Assembly: GCA_040384805.1 (NCBI GenBank)
Contig: JAZKIP010000004.1
Coordinates: 10,255 to 74,254 of the forward strand
Origin: Patescibacteria group bacterium
GTDB lineage: Bacteria; Patescibacteriota; Minisyncoccia; Phycocordibacterales; UBA9973
Direction of reading: 5' to 3'
DNA: 64,000 nucleotides
The notes under the pieces were generated by a model that was not told where the DNA came from, did no database searches, and worked only from the letters and a program-made list of their open reading frames with translations. Made by a program: the position numbers and the translations under genes. Within the stretch, counting starts at the first letter, position 1; the number at the start of each line of letters is the position of its first letter. Positions 50,001 to 59,316 of this stretch are shown one piece after another.

Positions 50001-51217
50001 CTGCATTCTTGGGTCCTGCGACAGGAGGCGCAGCAGCGCCCGGATTCCGCTCTCTTGTGATCGCGGATCTCCCGACAGCAATACCGAATGCCAATCTTGC
50101 CAATTCATCGCTTTCTCTTGCGATCGGCACCTCGGGAACCGATGCCGCATGGTCGGCAGGGTCGGTATCTCTCGGCGGAACGGCGACGCTTAATATCCCG
50201 GATGCCTCGGCAACGAACAGGGGACTTGTCACCACAGGAGTCCAGACGGTCGCGGGAGTCAAGACGTTCTCATCGGCGCCGAAGCTCTCATCGCTCACCG
50301 CAGGATCGGTCCTCTTCGTCGGATCGGACAAATCTATATCCGAGAATAATACGAAGCTCTTTTGGGATAATTCCACCAATCGCTTGGGGATCGGAGTGAA
50401 CAATCCCTCGGGAGTTCTTCATACGAGCGGGGCGGTTTATTTCGCCGGTCTTGCGACTGATAATTCGATCGGTCTTGCGGGAGCCTTATGCCTTGACGCT
50501 TCAAACCAGCTCAAGAAGCTCACGGGCCTCGGGTCATGCATCGTTTCGTCGCGCAAGTACAAGAAGGACATCGAGACCTTGTCATACCCTGATCGCTCGA
50601 ATCTCGACACCGTCATGGCTCTTCATCCGGTTTCCTACACGAGTATCTTCGACGAGAGCAAACGCATCGGATTCGTCGCCGAGGAGGTTCTTTCTATTGA
50701 TCCGCGCCTCATCGCGTTTGAGCCGGGAAGCACGACCGATCCGCGCGGCGTCCGCTATGAGGAGACAACGGCCCTTCTTGCGGCGGCACTCCAGGAACTT
50801 AATCTCGAGGTCAAAACGCTTTCCGAGCCGTGGACGGCTCAGGAAAGCGGAAGCTTCGCGGGGAAATTTACAACGCGCCTAAGCGAATGGCTGTCCGATG
50901 CGGGGAACGGCATACGGACAATTGCGGCCGATACGTTTCGCGCTCGCGAAGCGGTCGTCGAGCGCATCTGCGTCGGCACCGAGGAGAACAAGACATGCAT
51001 CACGAAAGACGATCTTGATCGCCTCCTTGCCAATCAGGCAGCTCCGCAGATGACACCCTTTTCAAATCCATCACCCGAATCGGACGAAGGTACCATGCCC
51101 GAAGAGCCATCACAAAATGCGCCTCCGGAAGAGGATATTCTTCCCGGGGAGAGCGAAGATCTTACCAATAACGCCCTTCCTGAAGCGGCCGATGCTATTC
51201 CCGTATCTGAAAGCTAG
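47045..51217 (+). CDS. large repetitive fibre-like surface protein with C-terminal peptidase S74 (intramolecular chaperone) domain
   Basis: Hydrophobic N-terminus, many NNLSDL...ARTNLGLG repeats, SSRKYKKDI...GFVAEEV...GVRYE motifs. Confidence 0.88.
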   Translation: MEQIEYLRSRIFAKIRSFSYRFGFILLFLLLFPWANLHAADRSAPFLFGETLDPGMESEPCGPMDENCFPGHLGTQDENNHLINNPTGLNFVGPGVTATQDSNGWIIVTVPGGLTSLNGISVGSQTISAGSSGTDFNISSSGSGHIFNIPSASSLGRGLLTPADWAIFNGKQDSLGFTPLDPANNLADLASTALARTNLGLGSAATVSLTTLLQSSNNLSDIASTGTARANLGLGTMATENSSAFLRSANNLSDLGSATTARTNLGLGTAALANLSSLLQASNNLSDLSNIIITRANLGLGTAATANSSAFLQGSNNLSDLGSSSTARTNLGLGTLATLSTINNSHWSGTPLSVSNGGTGAGTANDALNAFLPAQGPHAGDYLTTDGATASWGDLPSPAWGSIAGTLSDQSDMQAVFDAKEDVIIPGLTSHYFRGDKTWQTLNKASVGLGNTENTALSTWAGSANITALGTIASGTWNASPIADLYVSSASSWNAKQNALGFTPLDAASNLSDLSDASDARANLGLGTIVTEDSDAFLQASNDLSDLVHVPTARSNLGLGTAALESADSFLLAAGNLSDLSSLSDARNNLGLGLLAILSTVNDSNWSGTPLAIANGGTGAGTAEDARNAILPLQSSHAGEYLTTDGTHASWDEPPAPAWGSIAGTLSDQADLQASLDEKEDVIDAGSASQYFRGDKTWQTLNKAAVGLGNVENTALSTWTGSTNITTLGTVTGGTWHGSAIDDAYIGSAAAWNAKQASLGFTPLNPANNLSEIVSAPTARTNLGLGTAATLNTNAFLQPVNNLSELSSPSTARTNLGLGSAATVNTNSLFQVSNNLSEIAVPSTARTNLGLGTAATANLTSLLLASNNLSDLGSATTARTNLGLGSLATLSSVNNSNWSGTGLSIANGGTGVTTANDALNAFLPSQGINSGKYLTTNGTNASWADIVPGGVTSVGLSLPSVFSVSGSPVTSSGVLSATLATQSANTAFLGPATGGAAAPGFRSLVIADLPTAIPNANLANSSLSLAIGTSGTDAAWSAGSVSLGGTATLNIPDASATNRGLVTTGVQTVAGVKTFSSAPKLSSLTAGSVLFVGSDKSISENNTKLFWDNSTNRLGIGVNNPSGVLHTSGAVYFAGLATDNSIGLAGALCLDASNQLKKLTGLGSCIVSSRKYKKDIETLSYPDRSNLDTVMALHPVSYTSIFDESKRIGFVAEEVLSIDPRLIAFEPGSTTDPRGVRYEETTALLAAALQELNLEVKTLSEPWTAQESGSFAGKFTTRLSEWLSDAGNGIRTIAADTFRAREAVVERICVGTEENKTCITKDDLDRLLANQAAPQMTPFSNPSPESDEGTMPEEPSQNAPPEEDILPGESEDLTNNALPEAADAIPVSES

Positions 51218-51221
51218 AACT

Positions 51222-52574
51222 ATGACGATCCGATTTACCATCATTCTTTTCTGTTGCCTATTCCTTTCCCCGTTCGGGGCGAGGGCTTCGACCGTCACCG
51301 GAACGATCGACTCCTCTTTTGCGATGAGCCTCATCTGCCACGATGTATCATGTACCGATTACGGCATGGTGAATTTCAAGCCGTCTCTGACGGGAGAAAC
51401 GACGGGGCTTTCAGCAATCATAATCACCGAGAGCGGCATCACGGGAAACGCGTGGGGAAACGAGATCGGATGGATCAATTTCTCGCCCGCGGGCGGGGGA
51501 GTAACTGTCGATTCTTCGACGGGGGAGTTGAGCGGGCTTGCTTGGTCAAGCGTCGGTTCATGGATCAATTTCTCTCCGACGGACGTATCGGGCGGAATGG
51601 AGGTCGGCGTCTCGATCATGCCTGACGGATCATTTTCCGGATGGGCCTGGGTTTCCGGGATGCAGGGAGGGTGGATGAGATTCGACTGCGCAAATTCCAC
51701 TATGTGCGTAAAGACCGATTGGCGTCCGGTTGCATATCGCGAAGCATGCCAGAACGGGATCGATGACGACAATGACGGATCAGTCGATACGGGAGATTCA
51801 GGCTGCGCCTCGGCCGACGATACAAGCGAAACTCAATCATCTTCGGGAACGGGAAACACGACGGGAGGCTCGGGAGGATCATCGGGAGGAGGAAGCGGGC
51901 CACGGCGGCCGATCCCTCCTCTGCCTGCCTATCCTCTTGTTCCCGTATCTCTTTCACCTGCTCTGCCTCTTGCAGAGGTTCCGGCTCGGCCGCCAATCGC
52001 CCCGGCGCGATCCTGCGCGCTTCCCCTTGCCGCCTACATCCGGCTTGGACGCACCAATGTTCCGGCCGAAGTCAGAAAATTGCAGGATTTCCTGCGGACG
52101 AATCAGGGAGAAACAGGAATACGGACAACCGGTGTATACACATGGAAAGAGCATGACGCAGTCGTCCGCTTCCAGGAAAAATACGCCCGCGATATTCTTG
52201 TTCCGTGGGGCTTGTCGAAGGGAACGGGCTATGTGTACATAACGACGACGCGGAAAATAAACGAGCTTCTGTGCAGGAAAGATGCCGTCGTTTTCACGAA
52301 GGATCTGTCGGTCGGCGCGCGGCATGACGAGGTCAGGCTTCTTCAGGAATTTCTCAATAGGAACGGTTTCCCTGTCTCTCCGGCGGGGATCGGATCTTCC
52401 GGCATGGAGATAAGCCTCTTTACCTCAAAAACAAGGAGCGCCCTTGCGCGATTTCAGGAAAAATACCGACCTTATGTATACGCCCAGTCCCACATCTATC
52501 CGCGTCCGGGAGTTCTTGATGCGGTGACGCGCCATTTTATTAATACGAATCTCGAAACAAAGGGATTCAACTAG
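51222..52574 (+). CDS. exported protein with two peptidoglycan-binding-like domains
   Basis: Signal peptide, G.AW...GWINF repeats, CQNGIDDDNDG motif, two EVR.LQ.FL...AV.RFQ.KY units. Confidence 0.8.
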   Translation: MTIRFTIILFCCLFLSPFGARASTVTGTIDSSFAMSLICHDVSCTDYGMVNFKPSLTGETTGLSAIIITESGITGNAWGNEIGWINFSPAGGGVTVDSSTGELSGLAWSSVGSWINFSPTDVSGGMEVGVSIMPDGSFSGWAWVSGMQGGWMRFDCANSTMCVKTDWRPVAYREACQNGIDDDNDGSVDTGDSGCASADDTSETQSSSGTGNTTGGSGGSSGGGSGPRRPIPPLPAYPLVPVSLSPALPLAEVPARPPIAPARSCALPLAAYIRLGRTNVPAEVRKLQDFLRTNQGETGIRTTGVYTWKEHDAVVRFQEKYARDILVPWGLSKGTGYVYITTTRKINELLCRKDAVVFTKDLSVGARHDEVRLLQEFLNRNGFPVSPAGIGSSGMEISLFTSKTRSALARFQEKYRPYVYAQSHIYPRPGVLDAVTRHFINTNLETKGFN

Positions 52575-52589
52575 GCACACGCCGCTACT

Positions 52590-54191
52590 TTATCGCATGT
52601 CCGCGCGCGATCCGTTCTCAAGCGTAAGATCATCGATAGCTGCCAAACCGTATTGTTCTGCGCGGCTTCCGTTTGAAAGTTCTCCTGTCAGGCTATCGGT
52701 CGCATGTATTTGTGCAAATGATCCGTTGCGGAGGTCGAGTTTGAAATCACGAACAATGAAATCCTGTCCCTCGTAGCGGGAAGCGTTCTTAAGATCAAGC
52801 GATGTTGTCGCGGCTTTTCCGATAAGCGTGATCTGTGATCCGTTTTCTGCAGAAACAACCAGATCTTTTGCTGTTCCTTCGAATGAAAGATTCGAACCGT
52901 TCTCAAGCTCAATGGAAGCAAGCGATAGCGTCGGGATCGTTATGACTATGTCAGCACGCTTCATGGAGCAGAGGAAACATGACTTCGGCATATTCTTGTG
53001 GCTGATCGTAAGAGTTCCGTCCATTTCCCGCAATTCAATGTGGTTCACGGAGCGCTCGATGCCCGTTATCTGAATAGATGTTTCCCGGCCTTCAGTAATG
53101 CTCACATTCTGACCATTACGCACGTGGAGCCTTGAAAAGTCTTTTATAAGAGGGTTGATTGTAACTGTCTCACTTCCAGGAATCGAACGCGCGTACGTTT
53201 CGCGATTATTGGCTATATGAAATCCAACGACAGTACCTGCGATGCAGGCAAGTATCCAGATCAGGGCAAGAATCCCTGTCAGAGTCTTATGTGATGATTT
53301 CTTCGGATGAGACAGAAGGCCGCCCGCAAGTCCGATGAAAAGAAAAGGAATAAGCACGAGAATAAAGAGAATTCCGATGCTTCCGTAGACTAAGAGAGGC
53401 GGGATGGCAGCCGCGCCGAGAAATGATACTGGGGAGCTTGTCACGCCGATGATAAGAAGAGTAACTAAAGTGACAGTGCCGAGAAAGGCGATGATCTTAA
53501 AGCAGACGCCGATGACTTTCCCGAATGTCTTGAAAAATATCCTGAAAAAACCAAGAATCGAATGGCGGAACTTCTCGGCGCTTTTTTTTATTCCGTCTTT
53601 TCCGCCCACGTCGCCCAATTTTTCCTCAACCATTTTCTTAACCTCATTAAGAGTCACGGGAGTGCCTCCCATTTCAAGTTTCTCAGTGGCTGTTTTAGCC
53701 TCCGGAACCGCGAACCACAGAAATATGTACGCGATAACGCCGAATCCTCCGAAGAAGACGCTAATGAAGAATATCGCGCGGACAATGATCGGATCAACAC
53801 CGAAGTATAAGGCCAAGCCGGATGCCACGCCCCCGATGACGGCATTTTCCTTATCGCGATAGAGCTTCTTGCGTGATGTGCTGTCTGCATTTTCACGCGT
53901 ATTTTCCGTATTCGCTGTCTCTTCTGTTCCAAACTCATCAGGACGGCCCATTGTTTTGATCAGGATATCAATATGCGCCTCGGTAATGATCCGGTCAGTC
54001 TTGTCCTTTGTCGAGAGATCCCGCAGCTGCTCCTCGATCCGGCTCTCGATATCCTCGATAATTTCCTTGTTATCGTCATAGTGCGCGAAATACTTCCGTA
54101 CCTCGGTGAGATACTCGTCGAGTTTCTGATATGCGCCTTCTTCGACATAAAAGAGCGTGCGGGCGATACTTGTGGGGATTGTTTTTTTCAT
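52590..54191 (-). CDS. PspC-domain membrane protein with C-terminal DUF2807-like beta-helix
   Basis: LYRDKENAVIGGVASGLALYFGVDPIIVR; repeated L.NGS units. Confidence 0.88.
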   Translation of the reverse strand: MKKTIPTSIARTLFYVEEGAYQKLDEYLTEVRKYFAHYDDNKEIIEDIESRIEEQLRDLSTKDKTDRIITEAHIDILIKTMGRPDEFGTEETANTENTRENADSTSRKKLYRDKENAVIGGVASGLALYFGVDPIIVRAIFFISVFFGGFGVIAYIFLWFAVPEAKTATEKLEMGGTPVTLNEVKKMVEEKLGDVGGKDGIKKSAEKFRHSILGFFRIFFKTFGKVIGVCFKIIAFLGTVTLVTLLIIGVTSSPVSFLGAAAIPPLLVYGSIGILFILVLIPFLFIGLAGGLLSHPKKSSHKTLTGILALIWILACIAGTVVGFHIANNRETYARSIPGSETVTINPLIKDFSRLHVRNGQNVSITEGRETSIQITGIERSVNHIELREMDGTLTISHKNMPKSCFLCSMKRADIVITIPTLSLASIELENGSNLSFEGTAKDLVVSAENGSQITLIGKAATTSLDLKNASRYEGQDFIVRDFKLDLRNGSFAQIHATDSLTGELSNGSRAEQYGLAAIDDLTLENGSRADMR

Positions 54192-54192
54192 A

Positions 54193-54525
54193 TTATTTTA
54201 ATAGATGATTAAGTGATTTGGTTAATGTCGACCATGTTTCTTTTAAGCTTGCGAGCGTCTCTTCTCCTTTCGGAGTCAGGGAATAGTATTTGCGCGGCGG
54301 TCCTGATTGCGATTCTTCCCATGTATGGGTCAAAAGTTCCGCGGCGCGGAGGCGCGACAGGAGGGGATAGAGCGTTCCTTCGACAACGATGAGATCCGCT
54401 GACTTCAATTCTGTAATGATCTCGGTCGCGTATTTTTTCTTGCGGGAGATGATGAGGAGTATGCAGAATTCGAGGATGCCCTTTCTCATTTGGGATTTTT
54501 GATTCTCTGTTTCTTGTGTCTTCAT
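54193..54525 (-). CDS. PadR-family transcriptional regulator
   Basis: QMRKGILE, EGTLYPLLSRL, GPPRKYYSLT. Confidence 0.95.
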   Translation of the reverse strand: MKTQETENQKSQMRKGILEFCILLIISRKKKYATEIITELKSADLIVVEGTLYPLLSRLRAAELLTHTWEESQSGPPRKYYSLTPKGEETLASLKETWSTLTKSLNHLLK

Positions 54526-54680
54526 ACATTAATTATATAGCATAGTACCTTGTTATGCAAGTTAGCATGGGGAAAACAGAGCGAAAGCTTTATGATAAAA
54601 AGATTTTTCAGGAAAAATATGTAAAAATTCTTATATAAAAAGGCTTCGCTTGACGAAGCCTTTTTATATTACAAAGCCTT

Positions 54681-55256
54681 TTATTTAGGCATGAGAACGG
54701 TGTCGATTATATGGGTGACTCCGTTTTTTGAAATGACGTTCGCCATTTCAACCATTGCGTCGTTGATCCATACTTTCCCGTCCTTCACTGTTACCTCAAG
54801 TTCCTGTCCGTTGACCGTTTTGAGCATCATGCCGTCTGACAGATCGCCTGCCATATAGCTTCCCGCGACAACGTGATAGGTGAGAATGGAGACGAGCTTC
54901 GCCTTGTTCTCGGACTTCAGAAGCATGTCCACCGTTCCTGCCGGCAATTTCGCGAAAGCGGCGTTGTCCGGGGCGAAAACCGTGAATGGTCCCGCGCTCT
55001 TGAGCGTCTCGACGAGTCCTGCCGCCTTGACCGCCGCGACAAGCGTCGTTACGTTGTTGGCAAGCATTGCGTTGTCGACGATATCGCGCGACGGAAGCAT
55101 CATCGCTCCTCCGACCATCATTCCTTCATCTTGGTTCATCATAGGCTTGTTTTTGCGCATCATCATGTTATCGCCGTCTTTGTTCATGTGAGACATCCAG
55201 ACGATAAGAACGATGACGATAATTACTATTAATACTATCCACCATTGATTTTTCAT
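54681..55256 (-). CDS. fasciclin-domain protein
   Basis: [29 protein letters not shown]. Confidence 0.95.
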   Translation of the reverse strand: MKNQWWIVLIVIIVIVLIVWMSHMNKDGDNMMMRKNKPMMNQDEGMMVGGAMMLPSRDIVDNAMLANNVTTLVAAVKAAGLVETLKSAGPFTVFAPDNAAFAKLPAGTVDMLLKSENKAKLVSILTYHVVAGSYMAGDLSDGMMLKTVNGQELEVTVKDGKVWINDAMVEMANVISKNGVTHIIDTVLMPK

Positions 55257-55433
55257 AATTCATTTTTTTCTAAAAATAATATGTCGACCGCAAACGCCGC
55301 CTCGCCTGCTGCGCATCCTTGAGCGTGTACTCTTTAGTAAGTATAGGAGAGAAACTATGAAGATAAGTTAAATGATATATGAAATATTTATAAACTCCCG
55401 TACTTTTCGGTACGGGTGATCAAGAGAAGCTCT

Positions 55434-56222
55434 TTAGAAAGAAATGAGAGTTCCGTGGACAAGAGCAAGGGCAGAGCTTGCGCTCTTGCCTTGAATGACG
55501 ATTTCGGCGAAACGCGTATCCTTATAGCCCGAGCTTCCGATGATGACTGCCTTCTTCCCCTTGGGAACATCGGAGAGCTTTTGATAAAAGGGGAATGAGT
55601 GAGTTTTGCCGGCAATTCGCAGGGAAACGGACCCGTTTTTAACCGCAGCTTTTATTTCCTTTTCGGTGATCGTCGTCTTGGCATTGCCGAAATTGTCGAT
55701 CCACCATATTTGATTATCTCCAAGCGGCACGACAGCCGAGGCGATGGTTGGGAATTTTTTCCCTTCATAAGCCCAGCGGGCGAGGCGGGGAACATACTCG
55801 AACGAACGGAACTGCGAATTGGCGATCCTGTTCGCTTCTTCGCGAGGAAGGAACTTCCTGCAGACGGTCGCCACGTCGGTTTCCTCAATGTTTTTGATGA
55901 GATTGAATTTCGATAAAAGGGTGAAGCATGTCTTTGTCGCTACGATAATCGTCTGATCTATGCGGCCGATATAAAAAGGAGCTCCGTTCTTGTGGCTCTT
56001 GTCCTGCCGCGGGGCCAGATTGCCGATGATGATATGGGGAGATTTTCCGATCCGCAGCGCGTCGAGCGTGTCGAGGATACATCCCGAGGCTCCGATATCC
56101 GAATCGATACCGACGCTATAGATCGATGAATCGGCAAAAAGCGTGCTCAATCGAGCCGTTAGCCTTGTTAAGGCATTGGGATCTTTGCAGTCGGTAAAAG
56201 CGAAAATCGTCGGCTTTTTCAT
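55434..56222 (-). CDS. SAM hydroxide adenosyltransferase/chlorinase (DUF62) family protein
   Basis: FTDC near N-terminus, WIDNFGNAKT, IIGSSG. Confidence 0.75.
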   Translation of the reverse strand: MKKPTIFAFTDCKDPNALTRLTARLSTLFADSSIYSVGIDSDIGASGCILDTLDALRIGKSPHIIIGNLAPRQDKSHKNGAPFYIGRIDQTIIVATKTCFTLLSKFNLIKNIEETDVATVCRKFLPREEANRIANSQFRSFEYVPRLARWAYEGKKFPTIASAVVPLGDNQIWWIDNFGNAKTTITEKEIKAAVKNGSVSLRIAGKTHSFPFYQKLSDVPKGKKAVIIGSSGYKDTRFAEIVIQGKSASSALALVHGTLISF

Positions 56223-56225
56223 ATA

Positions 56226-56702
56226 TTAAAATCCAAGTTTTTCCATAAAAACCATAGAGCGCGATTCCTCAAGGTCAACTGGCGGAACAACGCGAAGGAG
56301 CGTTTCCCGGGTTTCGGGCACAAGTTCTTTGGGCAAAAGGATCGTGTAGACGGGAAGGAAATATTTATGAGTCTGAACGATGAGTTTCGCGTACGCATCA
56401 CCCTTTTTATTTTTAATGGTAAATCCTTTGATGTTCTTCCACGAATAGAGATCCTTTCCGATCCGCAATCCTTCGGTTTCGATAGCGAACTGAAACTGCT
56501 CTGGCTCGCGAAGGGTAAAAAGAATCAAGCAGCCGCCGGATATGAAGATAAATATTGCGAAAACATAACTGCCGAACACGAGCGCGACGATACATCCTGC
56601 GATTGCAGCAAGGCCAATTGTCCAATACCAGTCGGCGGAACGCGTCTTGTGAGAATATTCAGGCGCCTGCCATTCGATCGTATCGAAGGTAATATCTTCC
56701 AT
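56226..56702 (-). CDS. hypothetical membrane protein
   Basis: WQAPEY...DWYW followed by two TM helices. Confidence 0.8.
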   Translation of the reverse strand: MEDITFDTIEWQAPEYSHKTRSADWYWTIGLAAIAGCIVALVFGSYVFAIFIFISGGCLILFTLREPEQFQFAIETEGLRIGKDLYSWKNIKGFTIKNKKGDAYAKLIVQTHKYFLPVYTILLPKELVPETRETLLRVVPPVDLEESRSMVFMEKLGF

Positions 56703-56855
56703 ATGCGTATAGTATATCAGCCCGCCTTGTAAAAACCAATGAGCAAAGGTCTTTTCGGTTCATGTGGCCGCATAAGATCTGAAAATACGTTATACTATAT
56801 GCATTGTCGTATCACTGTCGATATGGCGATGGTTACTACTAACAAAATCACAATT

Positions 56856-57626
56856 ATGAAAAAATTATATGCAGGTACTCTTGTCTTTATCCTGATATGC
56901 GCCTTTTCGTCCGCATCTCTCGTTCATGCGGAGAATGATGAAGGCAAAGGGGATAGGAACGACCGCGGAGGCCTTTTCAGGAATATGGGAAAGAATGATG
57001 GCAGGAATATGCGCGGCGACATGAAAGACATGCGCGACAGGAGGGAAGATGGCCCGTTCATGTACGGCACAGTCAGCGCCGTTGCAGGATCGACGATTAC
57101 GTTTACCACGAAAAGCATGAAGGGAACGACGACCACGTATACCGTTGATGCCGCACAGGCGAAAATTGAAAAGAATGGCGCAGCGAGTTCCGTTTCGGGT
57201 ATCACTGTCGGCGATATGATCAAGGTTGAAGGCGTGCTTAATGGAACGGCAATCGCCGCGACCCAGATACGGGTAACGGACAAGGACAAGAGCGACTCAT
57301 TCTTTGAAGGGAATGGCGAGCCTATCATCGGTGGTACGGTTACCGCGGTTTCCGGATCGACTATCACGATTACCAATAAAAGCGGCGTGGCTTATGCGAT
57401 TGATGCGTCAAACGCAAAATTCCTGAAAGAAAGCAAAACAGGATCTCTCTCCGATATAGCGGTGGGCGATACTCTCCTTGTGCAGGGCAGCATCAACGGC
57501 ACGGCAGTCACAGCGTCTGCGATCAGCGACCATGGCATGATCGCACTGAAGGCAGATGACGGTAAAAATCGCGGATTTTTCTTCAAGATCCGATCCTTCT
57601 TCTCCGGACTGTTCGATTCTCGCTAA
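56856..57626 (+). CDS. exported protein with two DUF5666-like repeats
   Basis: Two GTV.AV.GSTIT...VGD...V.G..NGT repeats; signal peptide. Confidence 0.8.
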   Translation: MKKLYAGTLVFILICAFSSASLVHAENDEGKGDRNDRGGLFRNMGKNDGRNMRGDMKDMRDRREDGPFMYGTVSAVAGSTITFTTKSMKGTTTTYTVDAAQAKIEKNGAASSVSGITVGDMIKVEGVLNGTAIAATQIRVTDKDKSDSFFEGNGEPIIGGTVTAVSGSTITITNKSGVAYAIDASNAKFLKESKTGSLSDIAVGDTLLVQGSINGTAVTASAISDHGMIALKADDGKNRGFFFKIRSFFSGLFDSR

Positions 57627-57637
57627 TAGTGTTCTTG

Positions 57638-57673
57638 ATAATAAAAGGCTGGCAATTGCCAGCCTTTTATTAT
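57638..57673. terminator. perfect 36-bp palindrome between convergent genes
   Basis: ATAATAAAAGGCTGGCAA|TTGCCAGCCTTTTATTAT. Confidence 0.8.
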
Positions 57674-57677
57674 TTCT

Positions 57678-58826
57678 TTAATGAGAATGACCGCTATCTG
57701 TTTGGGGGATGGTCTTGGAACGGGTCAGAATAAGGATGGTCACGAAAGTGGTGATAGGAACGGCGAGAATCAATCCGATGCTGCCGACAAGGGTGCGGAC
57801 GATCTCGGTCGCGAATATTTCCCGATTGATCGTAAAATGAATCGGTTCCGGAGTGCCTGTCGAGAACAGGAGAAGCAGGGGCAAGGCGACGCCGACATAG
57901 GCGATCGCAAGAGTATTGACGAGAGCGCCGATATGCTCGCGACCGATGCGGGTTGCGCGCTTGTAGAGCGTCTTCTTGGACATGGCAGGATTGGCGCGAA
58001 GAAGCTCCTCGATGGCGACAGCCTGCCCGATGGCGCTGTCGTACAATACTCCGAGAAGTCCGATCAGTATTCCTCCCAAAAGGAGTCCTGACATATTGAT
58101 GATGCCCTCTGTATTATAATTAAGATATATCGTCGCATCGTCAGAGTATCCTGAAAGGAAACTTGTCTTTACCGCGATGCTTGCCAGAATCCCCGTCAGA
58201 GTCACCGTCACGATCATGCCGATCACAGCCGAAAGGGTGGTCTTGTTGAATCCATGAGTGATGAAAGAGCCCACGATTATAATGATCGACGATGCTCCCA
58301 ATGAAACAAGAATCGGCGAATATCCGTGAAGTATTCCGGGGATCAGGACATACATGATAAGTCCAAGGCTTCCGATGAGGCTCGCAAGTCCCCGGATGCC
58401 CTGAATGCCCCCGAATATAAGAAGAATGATCAGAAAAAGAATCGCGAAGAAAAGTATCGAACCAAGGCGATTCGGCTCAAGAATCGTGTATGTGTCGTTG
58501 CCATCATCGGAGTGCGTGATCCGGTTGGCGAAGAATTTCTGACCGACATCAAGAAGAATATAATCATTCTCCATGGTTATGAGCTTGCCTTTGGCGCTGC
58601 CTGAGAGTACCGTGGCCGTGATTGTCTGCGTCGTTTCCGGAAGACCGGCAAATTCGATCTCCCCCTTTTCAACCTTGTCGATCGATATGACGATTGCCTC
58701 GACGACCTCCGTTTTATCCTGCATTATTTCCGCGGCATGAACGCTCGGGGAAAAAGAAAAAATTACAGCCGAGGTCGCCAGTGTCAAAAAGAATGCCGAG
58801 AAATGAAATGTTATTTGTGCGCGCAT
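57678..58826 (-). CDS. YibE/F-family membrane protein
   Basis: GVLYD...Q, IGREHIGALVNTL..AY.G, EIVRTLVGSIGL..AVPITT. Confidence 0.92.
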   Translation of the reverse strand: MRAQITFHFSAFFLTLATSAVIFSFSPSVHAAEIMQDKTEVVEAIVISIDKVEKGEIEFAGLPETTQTITATVLSGSAKGKLITMENDYILLDVGQKFFANRITHSDDGNDTYTILEPNRLGSILFFAILFLIILLIFGGIQGIRGLASLIGSLGLIMYVLIPGILHGYSPILVSLGASSIIIIVGSFITHGFNKTTLSAVIGMIVTVTLTGILASIAVKTSFLSGYSDDATIYLNYNTEGIINMSGLLLGGILIGLLGVLYDSAIGQAVAIEELLRANPAMSKKTLYKRATRIGREHIGALVNTLAIAYVGVALPLLLLFSTGTPEPIHFTINREIFATEIVRTLVGSIGLILAVPITTFVTILILTRSKTIPQTDSGHSH

Positions 58827-59257
58827 GTATTGCAAAGTCCCCACAGATCGAAAGAGTGATGCGATATGGATTTAAAATTCTTGACCTGCCGGAGAGCTTT
58901 ATCGATTATAGCCTCCGACTCGCATCCCGTAAAATCCGAAACGGTTTTGCACTCAAGGCATATAATGTGGTGATGATCTTCCTTCTGATCAACGATTTCA
59001 TACTGTGCCTCACGGCTCCCGACATCGACGCGTTTCAGAATACCCTTTTTGCTCAATGCATCGGCGATCCGATATACCGTCACGCGATCGATCCCCCGCA
59101 GGGATAATGTGTTCGTCATAAACTCTATTGACAGCGGTTTTGTTGGATTATTTAATAATAAAATACAAAAGGCGATCCGGGCGTTGGTCTTTTTAAGGCC
59201 GGCTTTATCGAGCATCGTTTTTGCTCTCTGTAATTTTTCTTCTTGACTTCGGGACAT
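58811..59257 (-). CDS. Fur/Zur-family transcriptional regulator
   Basis: TVYR, HHHIICLEC, C-terminal CNTC. Confidence 0.92.
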   Translation of the reverse strand: MSRSQEEKLQRAKTMLDKAGLKKTNARIAFCILLLNNPTKPLSIEFMTNTLSLRGIDRVTVYRIADALSKKGILKRVDVGSREAQYEIVDQKEDHHHIICLECKTVSDFTGCESEAIIDKALRQVKNFKSISHHSFDLWGLCNTCAHK

Positions 59258-59316
59258 ACTACGGATTATAATATAGATGCAACTAATTTGCAATTATTAT
59301 CTTATCACTATATACA

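Noticed and set aside
47045-52574. Prophage tail region
   Set aside because: No capsid, terminase, portal or integrase nearby; both proteins have signal-peptide-like N-termini.
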